This document shows positions 24,380-37,790 of a stretch of DNA of 64,000 nt, piece after piece; the first letter of the stretch is position 1, and each line of letters starts with the position of its first letter. The notes below the pieces were generated by a model. It did not search any database. It was given only the letters and a program-made list of their open reading frames with translations, and was not told the DNA's origin. The position numbers were made by a program, and so were the translations under genes. Source of the stretch: Monocercomonoides exilis PA203 (lineage: Eukaryota; Protista; Preaxostyla); the NCBI GenBank assembly GCA_001643675.2, contig LSRY02000026.1, positions 496,001 through 560,000 on the forward strand, in the 5' to 3' direction.

Positions 24380-24989
24380 TATTAAATTGAGGTGTTTTTT
24401 AAGGTCAATAACGATTTCTGCAAATTTCCACGTTATAAAAATATTCAATTGATCATTGAGATCTTTTTTGAAGCAAAAGATTTTTTATTGATCTGTTTGA
24501 AAAGATTCATGATGAATTTTTTGAGGTAGTTGGTAGACCTGTGCAACACGACATACAAATTTTTCACTCTGTCGGTCACCGAATAAAAAAAAAAAATTAT
24601 TTATTAATTTATTAATTACGGAAATATTTCTTATTATTGATGAGAAAACCTTTTCGGTTGAAATTAATAATTCAACGAATGATCAATTAATCTACAATTG
24701 TTATTTAAGAATGACAATTGATCATTCAACCCCAAATGACAAAATGATATGATAAAAACAATAATTTCTTTGAAAAATCTTGTTTATTGGTCAAAATTTA
24801 AAAGAATGATGTGAATAGTGATAATTCATCAAAAATTCTAATCATCATTTTTAGCAGCTTTCTTTTATCCAAACAACTTGAACGCAGTGTAAATAATTTT
24901 TTATTCCATTGCTCACTTGCTACTTTTATCCTGAAAAAATACAGGAGATGAACAACACAAAAAAATTGAAAGGTTTGCATTTTATGTCC

Positions 24990-26330
24990 AACTTGAATTA
25001 TTGTTTATTGCATTTTTTGGTTTATTTTTTTTATTTGTTGTGTTATTTTCTGAACTGGAGCAAAACAATGAAATTGATCAAAAACTACAAATCAAGAAAA
25101 TGAAAAGGATGATTGATTTAAAGTGTGAAGAAGAATAAGGACATGTATTCACATCGGAACTGTTCGGTAAAATACACAAAATGGTTGAAGAAGAGAAAAT
25201 AACCTTGAAAAATGCCATTGAATTTTCGAAGTTTATGGGATATTTAAAACTGCTAAAAAAACATTCTCCTCCATTTGATGAGTTCACATTTTGCAAACCA
25301 ATAAAGGAGATGATTATTAATGAAAATGAGAAGAAAGAAGAAAAGGATGAAAGGCATTTAGCCGATCTTTGTATGTATTAATAATGCTAAGTTACAACCT
25401 CCCACCAGAATTTTTGTCGATTTGCATTCCTTGTCTTCAAAAAGCAGTATGGAACAAAGAGGAAAACGAAAAAACACAAACAGAAGTGGAAATGGCTTTA
25501 TTGGCTTTGAGTGCAACTGAATATTGTGTATGAACATTTCAATTTGCTTTTTGACATTTTTGCATATTTTTCTGATTTTTATAGAAAACTGTGCAAGAAC
25601 TATATCTGGAAGGGATTAAGGAAATCATCGAGCATCACGAAAGGTATCTTAAGCTCGCGAGATTTGGCTTCTTGTTTGCGTGAGATTTCTTGATTAGCCA
25701 CTTGATCAGCGATGAAAACAAGGGAAGGGGGATTGCGAATGAGCTGCACTTTTGGAGAGAAGCAAGGAAAGAATCTGAAAAGTTAAGAAAAAACGTGGTT
25801 TGAAAAAAAAAGAAGAAAAGAAACGAAAGAAGATGTTTCTTTTTAAAAGGCTCATAACGTTTAAATCTTATTTTCTCCGTTGCAAGTTGTGGAATGATGA
25901 ATTTATGGTACATCAATGGCATTGTTCAGGCATTTCTAATCGCAAAGAATAATCACATAGAAATTTACGTTCCGAACATTTATTCATAAAGAGAAGCTGT
26001 GATATACAGAGCTGTGAATGTCTATCGCTTGATGAAAAAGGGAGAAAATGATATTTCTTTGGAGGAACATTATCAGCCTATGTTGAATGATGATGCTTCA
26101 TTGGATCGCTGGGATTTTTTATGAAGTTTGCAAGGAAATGAAACAAAAGAAGAAAAAAGAAATAGAAGAAATGAAAAGAAAAAAAACAAAAAGATAAGTT
26201 TTCGAAAAAATAAAAGAAGAAGGATATGAAGATATGATCACATATTTTAATGAAATTTTTGATTATCTGAATAGACGGTATTATCTTGTGCTATATTTGA
26301 ATGTTAAGATAATTTCGTGAATGTTTTACA
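24990..26330 (+). pseudogene. Decayed member of an expanded helical hypothetical-protein family (paralog of 58861-60234)
   Basis: Motifs shared with the 59-60 kb gene: KIHKMVEEEK, TEVEMALLAL, KEIIEHH, NELHFWREA, EEGYEDMIT. Many stops and frameshifts. Confidence 0.7.
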
Positions 26331-26352
26331 AACTCTTTTCATATGAATTTTG

Positions 26353-28693
26353 GCATAGGTGTAACTGTCTACCTTTTGTAATTCTGGATTTTAACTATTA
26401 ATTTTGTGATGTTTCAAAAGCAAAAATTATTTAAAAATCTTTGTATGGACCGATTTTTCGCAAAAATTTTTGTTTCTCGTGAAAAAACTATTTTTAAAAA
26501 TTGACCCATAAATTTGAGTATTTTTTCAAAAAATAAATAAAATAAGATAATTATGAAATAAAAAGTGGATAAAAGGTCATTAATTATAATATTGTTCTAT
26601 TTTAATAATAAAAATTTGAGAAATAAAACACAAAAAGAAATATATTTTAAAATTAAAATTATCTGGTCAATCCCACAATTATATTTTTAATATCCAAAAA
26701 TTTAGAATTTGCTTTCTTTCGCCAAGAATTGAACCCCCATTTGCGAACATATAACAAATAAAATGTTTAGAAATATTATAAAAGTGTGCACTAAATGATT
26801 ATTAACATTTCATTCAATTCTTTACAATTTTTGATTATGATTTTTAGGAAGATTATTTGCATGCAGCACAAGGATATTATTATTAAACTATGGTGCCAAT
26901 GAATAAAGAAGAACAAACAAATCGTGTGAAACATTCTTATCAATAATAAACACTGTTTCATTAAAATTTTTGACAAAACTCATAAAATATCATTTATTTT
27001 ATTCTGAAAAAAGATAGATGTTAAATGATATAGCCGATTTGAGTGAAAATTGTACAAAAATAGCGCAAGGTTAAAAAGAAATGAAGTTCGTTGGGAATAT
27101 TATTCCACCAAGTTTTAGCAGAACAATCACATCAGTGATCGAATCAAACACTCAAAATGGTGAATTGCACTTGAAGAACTGTGAGATGAGTGTGAATGGA
27201 GGGAAGGGAAGCACAATTACATTTTTCTTAATCAAATCGACGGGGAAGATGGTTGAACTGGAGTCTGTCACGATTTTAGATGTGAAATCAACAGTTTCGT
27301 TGTTTTCAATTTCACTTTCATCAGGAAATGTGAATGAACAGGACTACAAAATGAAGTTGTTGAATTGCACACTTAAAAGTCTGGAGATTGATAGAGAAGG
27401 AGAGGCAGCAGTGTTTGGAGGGAACATGGGGGTTGGGATGATGATGAATGGAAGCAATATTGAAGAGGCATTATCAGAAAAGAGTGAAGAAGGAGAAGCA
27501 CTGAATATAGCGTTGAGTGCAGAAGGATATGTTGCGCTTGAAGAGAGTTCATTTACTGGATGTGTTTGCGAGAATATGAGTGAGGGAGGAAAAGGAGGAG
27601 GAATATATTTGGATTGCACTTCAAATGGAGAAGTATTTCAACTTTCATCGACATCGTTTTCTGAATGCTCAGCAACAGTTGGGAAGAACATGTTTGTGAA
27701 GAGCAGCAATCTGGTGAATACTGTGAATACAGAGCGTTTTGCAATTGTTTACACAGAGTACGAAGAGGATGGGAATGCATTTGTTGGGGAAGATGGGATT
27801 AATGGAGAAATGGATCTTCGAGTGTTTCTTGTTTCTTTGAAGTGGATAGAGGTGACTGTGTCGACTGGTGGGCATGACACTTTGGGATGCGGAGATGAGA
27901 TATTCCCATGTGAAACGATGAAAAGTGGAATTAATCACGTTGACAGAAGTGGGACAGTTGGAGAAAGGAAAGTGAAAGTGAAAGATGAAGGGACAATTGA
28001 AGATATTTATTCATTTTCAGATGCACTTGTGATTGAAGGGTGCGTTAATGAGGGAGATGAAACCAAACATATTCATATCAATTTTGAAGAGACAATCCAT
28101 GGAGATTCTGCATCATCATCTTTATCTGTTATTTCATCAATTCAGCCACTCAGCATGTTATCTTTGAAGTTACAGATTCCAAATCAATTTGTACCGAGCA
28201 AGAATTCCTTAATCTCATCGAGTAATAATCTTCAACTCGAAAACTGTTTGTTTGAGATTCAATCAGCAACAAATACTGTTCAATACTCATTGATAACCAC
28301 AACCACTGGAAGTTGCACATTGAAGGAATGCAGTTTGGCAGATTGTTCATTTGCCAAATCACCATTGGTATTAGCTTCTTCTGTTTTGTTTGAAAACAAC
28401 AACTTTTCAAATATTGTAAACACTGGAAGCGGTGAAGGAGGCGTTGCAAAAGTGACATTAAAAAATGTTGAAGATTTGGTAATCAAATCAACAAATGCAT
28501 CATCTTGCTCACTTTCATCAAGCAATGGAAAAGGTGGGTTCTTGTATTTGGATTGTCAAAATTGCTTGAATAAAAAGCCATTCTTTTTTGATGTTGGAAT
28601 CACTTTTGAGAACAACAATGCGGCCATTGGAAAGAATGTGTTCATTTTGGGTAAAGATTTTAATTCTTCTGTGAAAAATGACTCATTCAAGTT
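26353..28693 (+). repeat. Arm 1 of a 2341-bp inverted duplication (partner 37951-40291)
   Basis: Coordinates sum to 66644 at both ends and at the ORF starts; ORF translations are identical and no indels were seen. Confidence 0.93.
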
Positions 28694-31600
28694 TGATTAC
28701 TCATCAATGAAGGATGATAACAATTTGTTTGTTGGAAGTGATGATTTTCATTCAAACAAAGATTTGTTCATGTTTCTCGTTCCATACAGCTCAATTGAGA
28801 TATTTATCTCATCTGAAGGATTTGATGTTGCAAGATGTGGAAGCGAGGAAGAGACATGCAGAGCATTTTGGAAATGGATGGAAAAGATGAAAGACGAAGA
28901 AGGAAATAAAACAATTCATATTGAAAAATCAACAATTATTCGAGATTCATATGACCTTTCCTATTATCAGATCAAAAAGTCTTCTCCAATGGGAGAAGAG
29001 AATGTGAAAGCAATATTGAATTTTGAAAAGGCAGTTGGAAATCAATTGAAATGTTTCATGGAAAATGATATTCATCTTGAATTATCAAACATCCAACTTC
29101 AATTAACATCGGAATTTGACAATTCAGCCAAAACAATTATTTCAAACAAAAATGGAGATTTGGTGATAACTGGATGTTCTTTCCATTCAGAGGCAGGAGT
29201 GAACAATGGATTTGATTGTGTGTTTGTGGATGTGATTGGAGGAACTGTGGAAGTGAGTGATTTGTCGATGGAATCGTGCAATGTTGGAAATAGTGTATTT
29301 ACCATTCATATTACAGGAGTTTCTTGTCATTTTGCGAATGTTCGAGTGGAATCGTTGAATGAAAGCAGAGGATGCATTTTATCAATCAAGAAATATGAAC
29401 CAGGATTGAAGATAAATGAAGAATGTGTAAATATTGAGATTGACAAATCATTATTTTCAGGAGTGAAGAGAAGTGGCAATGGGCTTGGAATTTTGGAGTC
29501 AAAGAGTGAGAAAAAGATTGATTTGTTTGTAAAGGAGAGCAACATCACAGAAGACAAAGCAGAATTGAGTGAAAAAGGAGGGGCGATATTCTTCACATTG
29601 GGTGCATCAGGATCAATGAAGATGATTAAGTCCGAAGTCAGTCAATGCAGCTGCACCAATGGGAAAGGAGGAGGAGTGTATTTGGCAACAAAGGAAAGAG
29701 GAGAATTGAATTTTTCATTTGTGGGAATGAAATTCAGTGACAACGGGGCTATTGTTGGAAAAGATATTTTCATTGAATGTTATAACATCACATCACAGAT
29801 CAATGAAACCCAATTTCAATTTGATCTTCGAGAGAATCATTATTCACGAATTAATGCAATATATGGAATTGATGAATGCCAGTATACAGTTGACACAGAT
29901 ATGATTGAATTTGTGACGATTCATCAGAGTGATACGATTATAGCAAACAGCTTGAATGGATCAAACGAAAAACAATGTGGAACGAACATTTTTCCTTGTT
30001 ATTCAATTAATCATGGACTAATACATCTGACTTATGAATATGTGAGTCTGTTGCACATTGACACAAAGAGCGCAATTGAGGAAGAGATTAATTTGAAAGA
30101 AATGAGTTTGAGCTCAAAAAGCAGAGATTTGTGTGAAGTTGAAGTGAAATTAAGCATTGGAAAAACAAGAAAAGTTTTGATTTCAACGGAAGGAACAGTT
30201 TCATTGCTGAGAGTGGGCTTTGTGTTTGATTCAGATTTCATTTCTGAGCATGAATCATTAATATCACCAGAAGGAGGGATTCTTGAAATTATGAATTGTT
30301 CATTCAGTTCAAAACAATCTGCAGAAGGTGCAAATGCAGCTTTTGCAAGTATACCATTTCACATCATTTTTATGGGAAAAGGAATATTACAACTTGAGGG
30401 ATGCATAATATCAAATCTCATTCTTCAAGAATCAGCATTATATCTTTCATCACCACTTCCATCAGTGATTTTTTTGTTTGAGATATTCAATTCAACAGTT
30501 TCTCATTCGCTTGTTGAAATTATTGAATGTGGACAATTAAAAATGGATAAGTTTCATTCAGCAAATATCACAGTTGAGGGAAATGAAGATTCATTGATAT
30601 CTTGCTTGTCAATGAAAAAGACAGTGCATTTGACAAATTGCACAATGGACGGAGTAAGTTCAAAGACCACAAAAGGAAAATTGATGAAATTGGATAATTG
30701 CACAGATGTGAAAATGGATAGTTGCATTTTCGATGGGAGTTCAAACGAAAGAAATGAAAAGAATTTGAATGCAGGAGAAGAAGAGATGTGCATATGGGAT
30801 GGATCTCTTGTGGATGTTGTGAAGAGTTCTGTGATGATTAAAGACACAACAATCTCGAATTCACTAGAAGGTGGAGTCACAATGAGTGGGGGAAATGTGA
30901 ATATTGAGAAAGGAGAGTTTTTGAATAACAATCCATCAATTGAAGGATATCCATCATTGAGAAGAAACATCATCTGCTCGGATTCTGGAATATTGAATGT
31001 TGAGAGTTTGAAAGGAGGAGATGGATGGGAAAGAAATACTTCACTTTGGATGTTGAATGATGGGTGCATCTTTGAAGGGATTGTTTCTGAAAGAGCATCT
31101 CCATTCTTCATTCCTGTGTTGGAAAGCGTGGAAGTCAAAGAAACAACAGATAGAATGAAACTGACAATCAAAGGATTGCTTCTTGTTCCATGCAATCTTT
31201 CATTTTCAGTTGTGAAGAGGAATGGAGAAGAGAAAGAGATTGAATAACATGATTTTGATTCAAATGGGTTTTTGTCAGAGAGAGAAGTTGAAGGGAATGT
31301 GGCAAAAGATCTCATCAGCAATTGTGGAAATGAAACAGAAGTGAGTGTGCGTACTTTATTTGGAAATGCAGAATCTACTTCTTCAACTGATCCATTTGTC
31401 CTAAAGAACAGGAGTGAATCCAAAACAAGTGGAGATGACAATGTTGTGAAAGGAGGCAACCTGACAAGTTCATTGTGGGCTGTGATTGCCATGGCAATTG
31501 ATCTTTTTTTTATTCTGATAGGTTTTGTTGTTGTATCAATTCGGTGGAGAAAGCAAAAGAGAAGAACAAAGGAATTGGAAGAGATAGTAAATGACACAGT

Positions 31601-32700
31601 GAGGAAGGATCCGAAGGCATTTGAAATGGTGACGATGGAAATGTCGCCTGAGGAGCAATGGAGGAGAGCAGAGAGAGAAGCAGAGAAGAAGAACGAAGAG
31701 AGGATAAAGAAGAGAGTGTATGAAAATAGCTTGGGACATTCAGAGTCATCAGAACATCTTCTTTCTGAGAGTGGTTCCACTGAATACATTTTGGGAAGAG
31801 ATTCAGACAAGATCCCTGATTGGGCATTGGAAAAGGAGGAGGAGGAAGAGATAAGGAAGAGAACACCTTCTCCTTCTATTTCATCCACTTCAACAACAGA
31901 TTCAGATTCAACATTTGTTCGATCGGAGAGTCTGTGTCCAACCACCTCTTCGATGTCGAATCTGGTGGATGCAATGGCCTGCTCATCTCCTCATGAGAAA
32001 TTGATTGTGGATCTGAGGGATTCACTGTTCATGTTGTTGCATGGGCTGAACAAGACAAAGGAGATGGCAATTGGCACTCTTCAGGAGAGGGAGCAGACAG
32101 CTGCACAGATCCTGTTCTGGGTGGCTAATCTCGCACTCCACTCATTTGATGAGATGGAAAACCCACTTCAGTCATTGTCCAGTTTGAGTCCTCACATTGT
32201 GTTGTTCTCCGAACATATGGTCATCTGCATTGTGATGCACTCTGACTGCTCATCTGATTCAGATTCATCATCAATCTCTTCATCAACAGTTGTAACATCT
32301 GCCAGTGATGATGATGACTCACTTCCTTCATCTGCCTTTGAGGATGAAGATGATAATTTCAAAAAAGAGTGCCTGAGGTGGATGGCACCAGAGCTGCAGG
32401 TGAACAAGAAGATGGGAGCAACAAAGAAGTCGGTTGTGTTTTCGATTGGGATGATGCTGTGGGAGTGTCTGACACTGGATATCCCGTTTGGGGAGTATGA
32501 AGGGGAGGTGGCAGGGCAGAAGATTGTGAATGGAGAGAGATCGGATGGAAAAAAGTCGAGTGGTTTCGACTGAAAGGAATGGTGGAAAAAAGTGTTCTGG
32601 TTCAGATGCCAGACATAGTATCATTTTCAGAAATGAAAGGAGAATTTATTTGGTAATTACGTGCGAAGGCAGCAATGCTTATAGTGTCAAATGAGATGTG
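27081..32700 (+). pseudogene. Receptor-like beta-helix/pseudokinase paralog, disrupted (in-frame TAA 31245-31247; frameshifted C-terminus near 32550); no signal peptide at the ORF start
   Basis: ORFs 27081..31247 and 31272..32573 are in frame. Same CG..C ectodomain modules, TM segment and cytoplasmic domain as 3..5858. Confidence 0.82.
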
Positions 32701-32917
32701 CTTTGCAGGGGGAAGCAGAGAAGAAATAGGTGAAAGCTTTGTTCGAAGAAGCAGCAGAACAGTGGAGTGTGTTCTGATAGATGAGCACAAAGACATTATT
32801 GTTGTTGGCAATGGAAACAGCACAAACAACAAAAGCGATAAAAATTGAAGACAATTTTGAAATAAATGAAATGCATATGTGTGAATACATTGATGCATGG
32901 ATTTTTGCATGTTAATA

Positions 32918-33660
32918 CACCAAAAATTATTCAACATCGAAAAACTTTAATTTTCGATTTTGAATTGAAGTTTTTCGATGTTGTTTTAAAGTTTTTCGAT
33001 TTTGAATTATTGTTCGAAATCGGAAAACTTTAATTCAAAATCGAAAATGTTTAATTCGAAATCGAAAATGTTTAATTCGAAATCGAAAAAGAAGTTTATA
33101 AGTACAGAATTTCAATTTAAGTCTAAACCAAAGAAATTTTATTGACACAAATGTTTATAATTGTAAATGATTATTTATTGGAAATGTTTTTCTTTCGTTT
33201 TTAACAACTGGTTTTTACGATATAGGCTGATATCAATCGATTCTTTTCTCATTTTGAATATTGAAAATGATATATTTTATCAGTTTCCTATGCAATAAAT
33301 GAAATTAAAAACATTTTATTTTCCGTAAATGATATGAATTTTTGTATTTTTGTGCACAAAACAAGATCATGAACTATCCTATCACTTTTATTTTTTGCAA
33401 AAATTGCTAATTATATTCTGAGCACATGTGAAGAATAAAAAAATATTCAGTTTTATCCTATTTACACTATTTCACACAATCAAACACCAAAAAAACATCA
33501 AAAAATATTTTTTTAATTGAAATTTACAAATTTCTCAGATCTATAACTGAAAGAAAAGAAACTGACATGAATATGAATTTTTAATTTTTTTCTAAATTCT
33601 TGATTATAAAGAATTTTCGATTTTGAATTCAAGTTTTTCGATGTTGAATAATTTTTGGTG
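32918..33660. mobile_element. 743-bp non-autonomous TIR element (MITE)
   Basis: Perfect 30-bp TIRs CACCAAAAATTATTCAACATCGAAAAACTT (32918-32947 and 33631-33660), TA on both sides, no ORF, many subterminal TCGAAAA-type repeats. Confidence 0.88.
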
Positions 33661-34006
33661 TATATATTTCAAATTTAATTTAAAGGAAATAAAGTTTATT
33701 TTTGTTTTGAGTTGAAAAAATTGTTTAATAGGACAAACTCTTGATTTATGAATATATTGAAAAATCGAATAAATTCAATGTTTGAATTGCATTCATTTTT
33801 TTTTTTTTTTGTTTATGTTGTTTAGTGTTGAAACTGCTTTATAAATTGTGCTGATTATTTTAAAAAGCAGATTTTATTATCATTTTTCCAAAATTCAAAT
33901 TTCAAAATACATAGACAAACATTAGCTTTTTATTCTCAAAATAAGCCATAATAATTATCTAACTTTTCAAATTTTTGATCATTTTATAAATTATTCTATC
34001 AAACAC

Positions 34007-35510
34007 ATGATTGAGACCGAATTTTAGATAAAGAATTGACTTTCAGTGAGTTTTTGAAGCGATCAAACAACAAAAATCACATGGCTGTTGAACTGCTGTC
34101 CAAATTTGGGATTATAAAAAAAAATCGAACATGTTGGAAGTGCGAAAAACTGATGGAATTGAGGACCCAAAAAAAAGATAGTGATTACTATATTTACAAA
34201 TGTTCAAAATGCGGAAAAAACTACAGCTGGAATCATAACTCAATTTTTATGGAATTTCACCTTTCACCATTCAAACTAACATTATTGTTGTATCATTTTT
34301 GGTACAAACACCCAATAAAGGAAGTCACTTTTGAAACAAAAATATCAAACAAAACTGTTGTGAAATTATTTGAAAAGTTGAGAAGAATATGTTGTTATTT
34401 TGAAACATTCGAAATGGAGAAAATCGGAAAAGATCGAATAGTGGAAATAGATGAAACTTTAATTCACAAAAGAAAAAACTGTGTTGGAAGATGCAGATAA
34501 CATCAATGGTTATGGGGGGTTGTTGAGAGAAAAAAAATTGGAAAGCCACAAAAATTGATAGTCGAATTTATTCCAGATCGAAAAGCAGATACAATATTGT
34601 ATTTTGCGAAAAAGAACATAGATAAATTATCAACTATTATGTCTGACAAATGGTCAGCATATAACTGCATAAATGAAAATGGTTTCATCATTGACAGTGT
34701 CAATCATTCACTCAATTTTGTCAAACCCGAAAATCCGAAAGTTTACACTCAAACAATAGAAAGTATGTGGTCTCATCTGAAAAGCCACATACCAAAAAGA
34801 GGAAGAACTTTCATTAAGACAAAAGAATATGTGTATGAGTTTTAATATCGGTTCAACAATAGACTAACACCGACAGCATATATAAAGGAACTTTCAAAAA
34901 TCAGAAAGAAAAATTTGGATATTTTCTTGAGAGCTTACAGCGAAAGCGTTACAAGCTTGAAAAGCATTCTTTTGAAAGAGAGAAAATTCAAATTGTCTTA
35001 TTATTTATTTAAAAAAGAGGAATTGAGAAAAAGAAACAACTATGAAATGTGTGATAAAAATGAACTTGATGAAATGTTAAAGAAAAAAAGATCATCAAAG
35101 CTAATATCAGAAACAAAAGAATCAACAAATTTAAAAAGAAGAAAAATAGATGATAAAGAAAAAAAGAAGAAAAAGAAGAAAAAGAAGAGAAAGAAGAGAA
35201 AGAAACAGAAACAAAAGTTGAAACTGAAGATGACATATTTTCATCAGACATTGATTGCAAAACTTTAAGAATGAAAAAAAAGAAAAGACACAGATCATAT
35301 GACGGAAGATTTCTGAAAAATAACGACAGCCAACAGTTAAAAACGTTGGAGTTTGAAACCCTTAAGTTTTGCGAAAAAAAAGAGAGAGAAATAGAAGAAA
35401 TGGAGAAAAAAGAAAAACAAAAAACAAATGCAATTCTCAATCGAAAAATACTCAGATGCTTTATCAAATCAACAAATATTGGAACAGAACATTCGCCAAT
35501 AAATATATGA
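34007..35510 (+). mobile_element. IS1595/ISXO2-like (Merlin-type) DDE transposase, pseudogenised; TIRs not found
   Basis: CxxC..CxxC zinc finger, VEIDET, KRK...GR..*HQWLWGVVER, SDKWSAY, VNHS..FV, TQTIESMW, EF*YRFN. Single frame 34036-35268 with two internal TAA. Confidence 0.88.
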
Positions 35511-35829
35511 ATTTTTATTTCACATTATCATTTGTCGCATCACATTCTGATCACTTTGCAATAAGAAAATCCAATTAATACAAATGATGGCATATGAATT
35601 TCAAACAAAAACAAAACACAAGTATTGTCAACGTGCCATTTGTAATTATCTCGTTGATTTCACGATAATAATTTAATTCCATTTGAATAACAATATTGAA
35701 ATAACAAGCATATTGATTATTTTCACAAGACAACATTTTTCACGCATTCAAACTCTCAAACGATAATCATGTGGCTATGTCAGAAAAACAAACGATATAT
35801 CAAATTCTCCCAATAATCATCATCATCTA

Positions 35830-37790
35830 GTATAAACAGTTTAATTTTATGCTACATCTTTTTTTCATTCCTCATGCATTTCACATCATCTCTCATTCCC
35901 CTCCTCTTTCACAGCAAAGTGTGCAACATATCGACTCTAGTCCCTTCACCATGCAATCCTGATAGTTCGCAACCATTCTTTCATTCATCGTTCTTTTCAC
36001 AACCAGAAACTCTGTTCAATTCACTATCTTTTAAAATTCTTTGCAGATTCTGTCCTGTGCAGCTTTGCCTTTTCTGTTTCAGCTCCAATGCACATTCGTG
36101 CTTCCGTTGATAACAATGAAACATATATTTCAAAAACACTCCTTGAATTAATGTTGCACATATTCACTCCAATTTAATTTACTTGAATTGACAAAGAAAG
36201 TTTTTTTAAACATGTTTTCCCCTTATATTGCTAATATTTCCAATCATAATTTTCCTCATCCTCAGACCCACATTCATTTGCTCGCACCCTTCCAGAATAG
36301 GTGGGACAAATCTGCCTCTTTAATCAATCACATTACATTTCTCCAGATTCGATAAACGCATATTGTACAATTTCTTATCCAACAAAGAACAGAAACAAAT
36401 ATTACCACTTAATAATTCCATCAATTCCACAATGCAGATAATTGAAATTTCCATCTTTCGAAATTGAAACGCAAATATCTCTTCATTAACTCTCCTATTC
36501 AAATCTGTGCTTTCCAAATCCGCATTCTTTTACTTACAAATGTAATTATCCACACATATAACTCACTTCCGCTTCAATAGAGCAGAAATCGTCTTCTCAC
36601 TTCCTCAAGAATGCTTGAACTTCATGCTTCTTTTCCTCACAGAGTGAATTCATTTCGCTCCACTCCTGCATCTTAATACGTCATTCTCTTCTCCTTTCAG
36701 CACAATTCTCATCGCCACCACTTCTTTGTTCCTCTGATTCACAATACATTCCACATACAATCCTTCGACAATCAAACTCAGATGCACAGACAACATCACA
36801 TACTCAAATGATACTCTTCCAGAAGAGCGATTCTGTTTATCCTTAATCCCCCTTTGCACCTACATAATCCTGTGTTCGACAATCTTGCTCCATCCCAACT
36901 CAAATCCCACATTCGACTCATTCACTTTCCTGCCTTCTGTTCACAGAACCATGCTTTACACAGTTCAAAAGTTATGAAGAAGTCTCATCTCAGACATCTT
37001 TGCACTCAGACATTCACCGCTCTTCTTTCTGCTTCGTATTTATTTCTCTTCAGCTAACATAAGAAAGCATCATCTCCATCAAACTTCATGACAGGAAGAA
37101 GTTAATCCGTTAACTTCCTGTCAGACTTTTTGTTATCTTCTTTTCCTCAGCTCAGCCTTGTTCATCTTATCTTCATCCACAAACTCCATCTCAAATTGTT
37201 TTTGAATTTATGTTTCACGCAAATTCGCACAAATCGCATGCACACTTAATCCTTTTCCCAATCCTATTCCACATAAGCACTCATCACTCCAACCAACACA
37301 AGCTTTCTCAGTTTACTTCAATAATGATCATATAAATCTATTTTTCTTTTTCTTTGCTTTCATTGTCCAAAAACCTTTTAAATTTGATGTTAACAACAAT
37401 TCCTCATATAATTTGCATTTTGTTTCTTCTTTTTCATCATCACACTCATTTTATTTCCTATTTCTTTAATCTGTCTATTACAACTTCTCCGTTTGTCTTC
37501 ACATACTCCACTACGAGAAATCCCTGCTCCACTCTTCCTTCATACCACCTTTGTAATTTCGACTTCACCAAACTCAATCTCTCTCTCAAAAATACTCTCC
37601 TTCTTTATCTCTCCTCCGTTCGCTATCCATACGCAATCATTAGCCACCAAAAATTTACTTCCTTTCTCGATTTCCTCCCCACAAAACTTGTTGTTAACAA
37701 TAATGAAAACCCCAACGCTCTTTCCAGCAACTACTCCTTTTCTTGCTATGCTGTCGGCAGCACAGCAAGCTTATAAATCGCAAGCCTTGC
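35830..37790 (-). pseudogene. Heavily decayed surface/receptor-family gene fragment
   Basis: Strong C/T skew on the plus strand, as expected for an antisense receptor gene. Residual motifs such as ECGSEDEEN and KGGMKEE. Many stops. Confidence 0.45.

Noticed and set aside
32935-33090. CRISPR-like short repeat array
   Set aside because: No unique spacers of regular length, mixed orientations, no cas genes; the repeats lie inside a TIR element.
32918-35510. MITE TIRs as the ends of the adjacent Merlin-type transposase
   Set aside because: Both TIRs lie upstream of the transposase and enclose no ORF; TA flanks do not fit the 8-9-bp TSDs of Merlin/IS1595.
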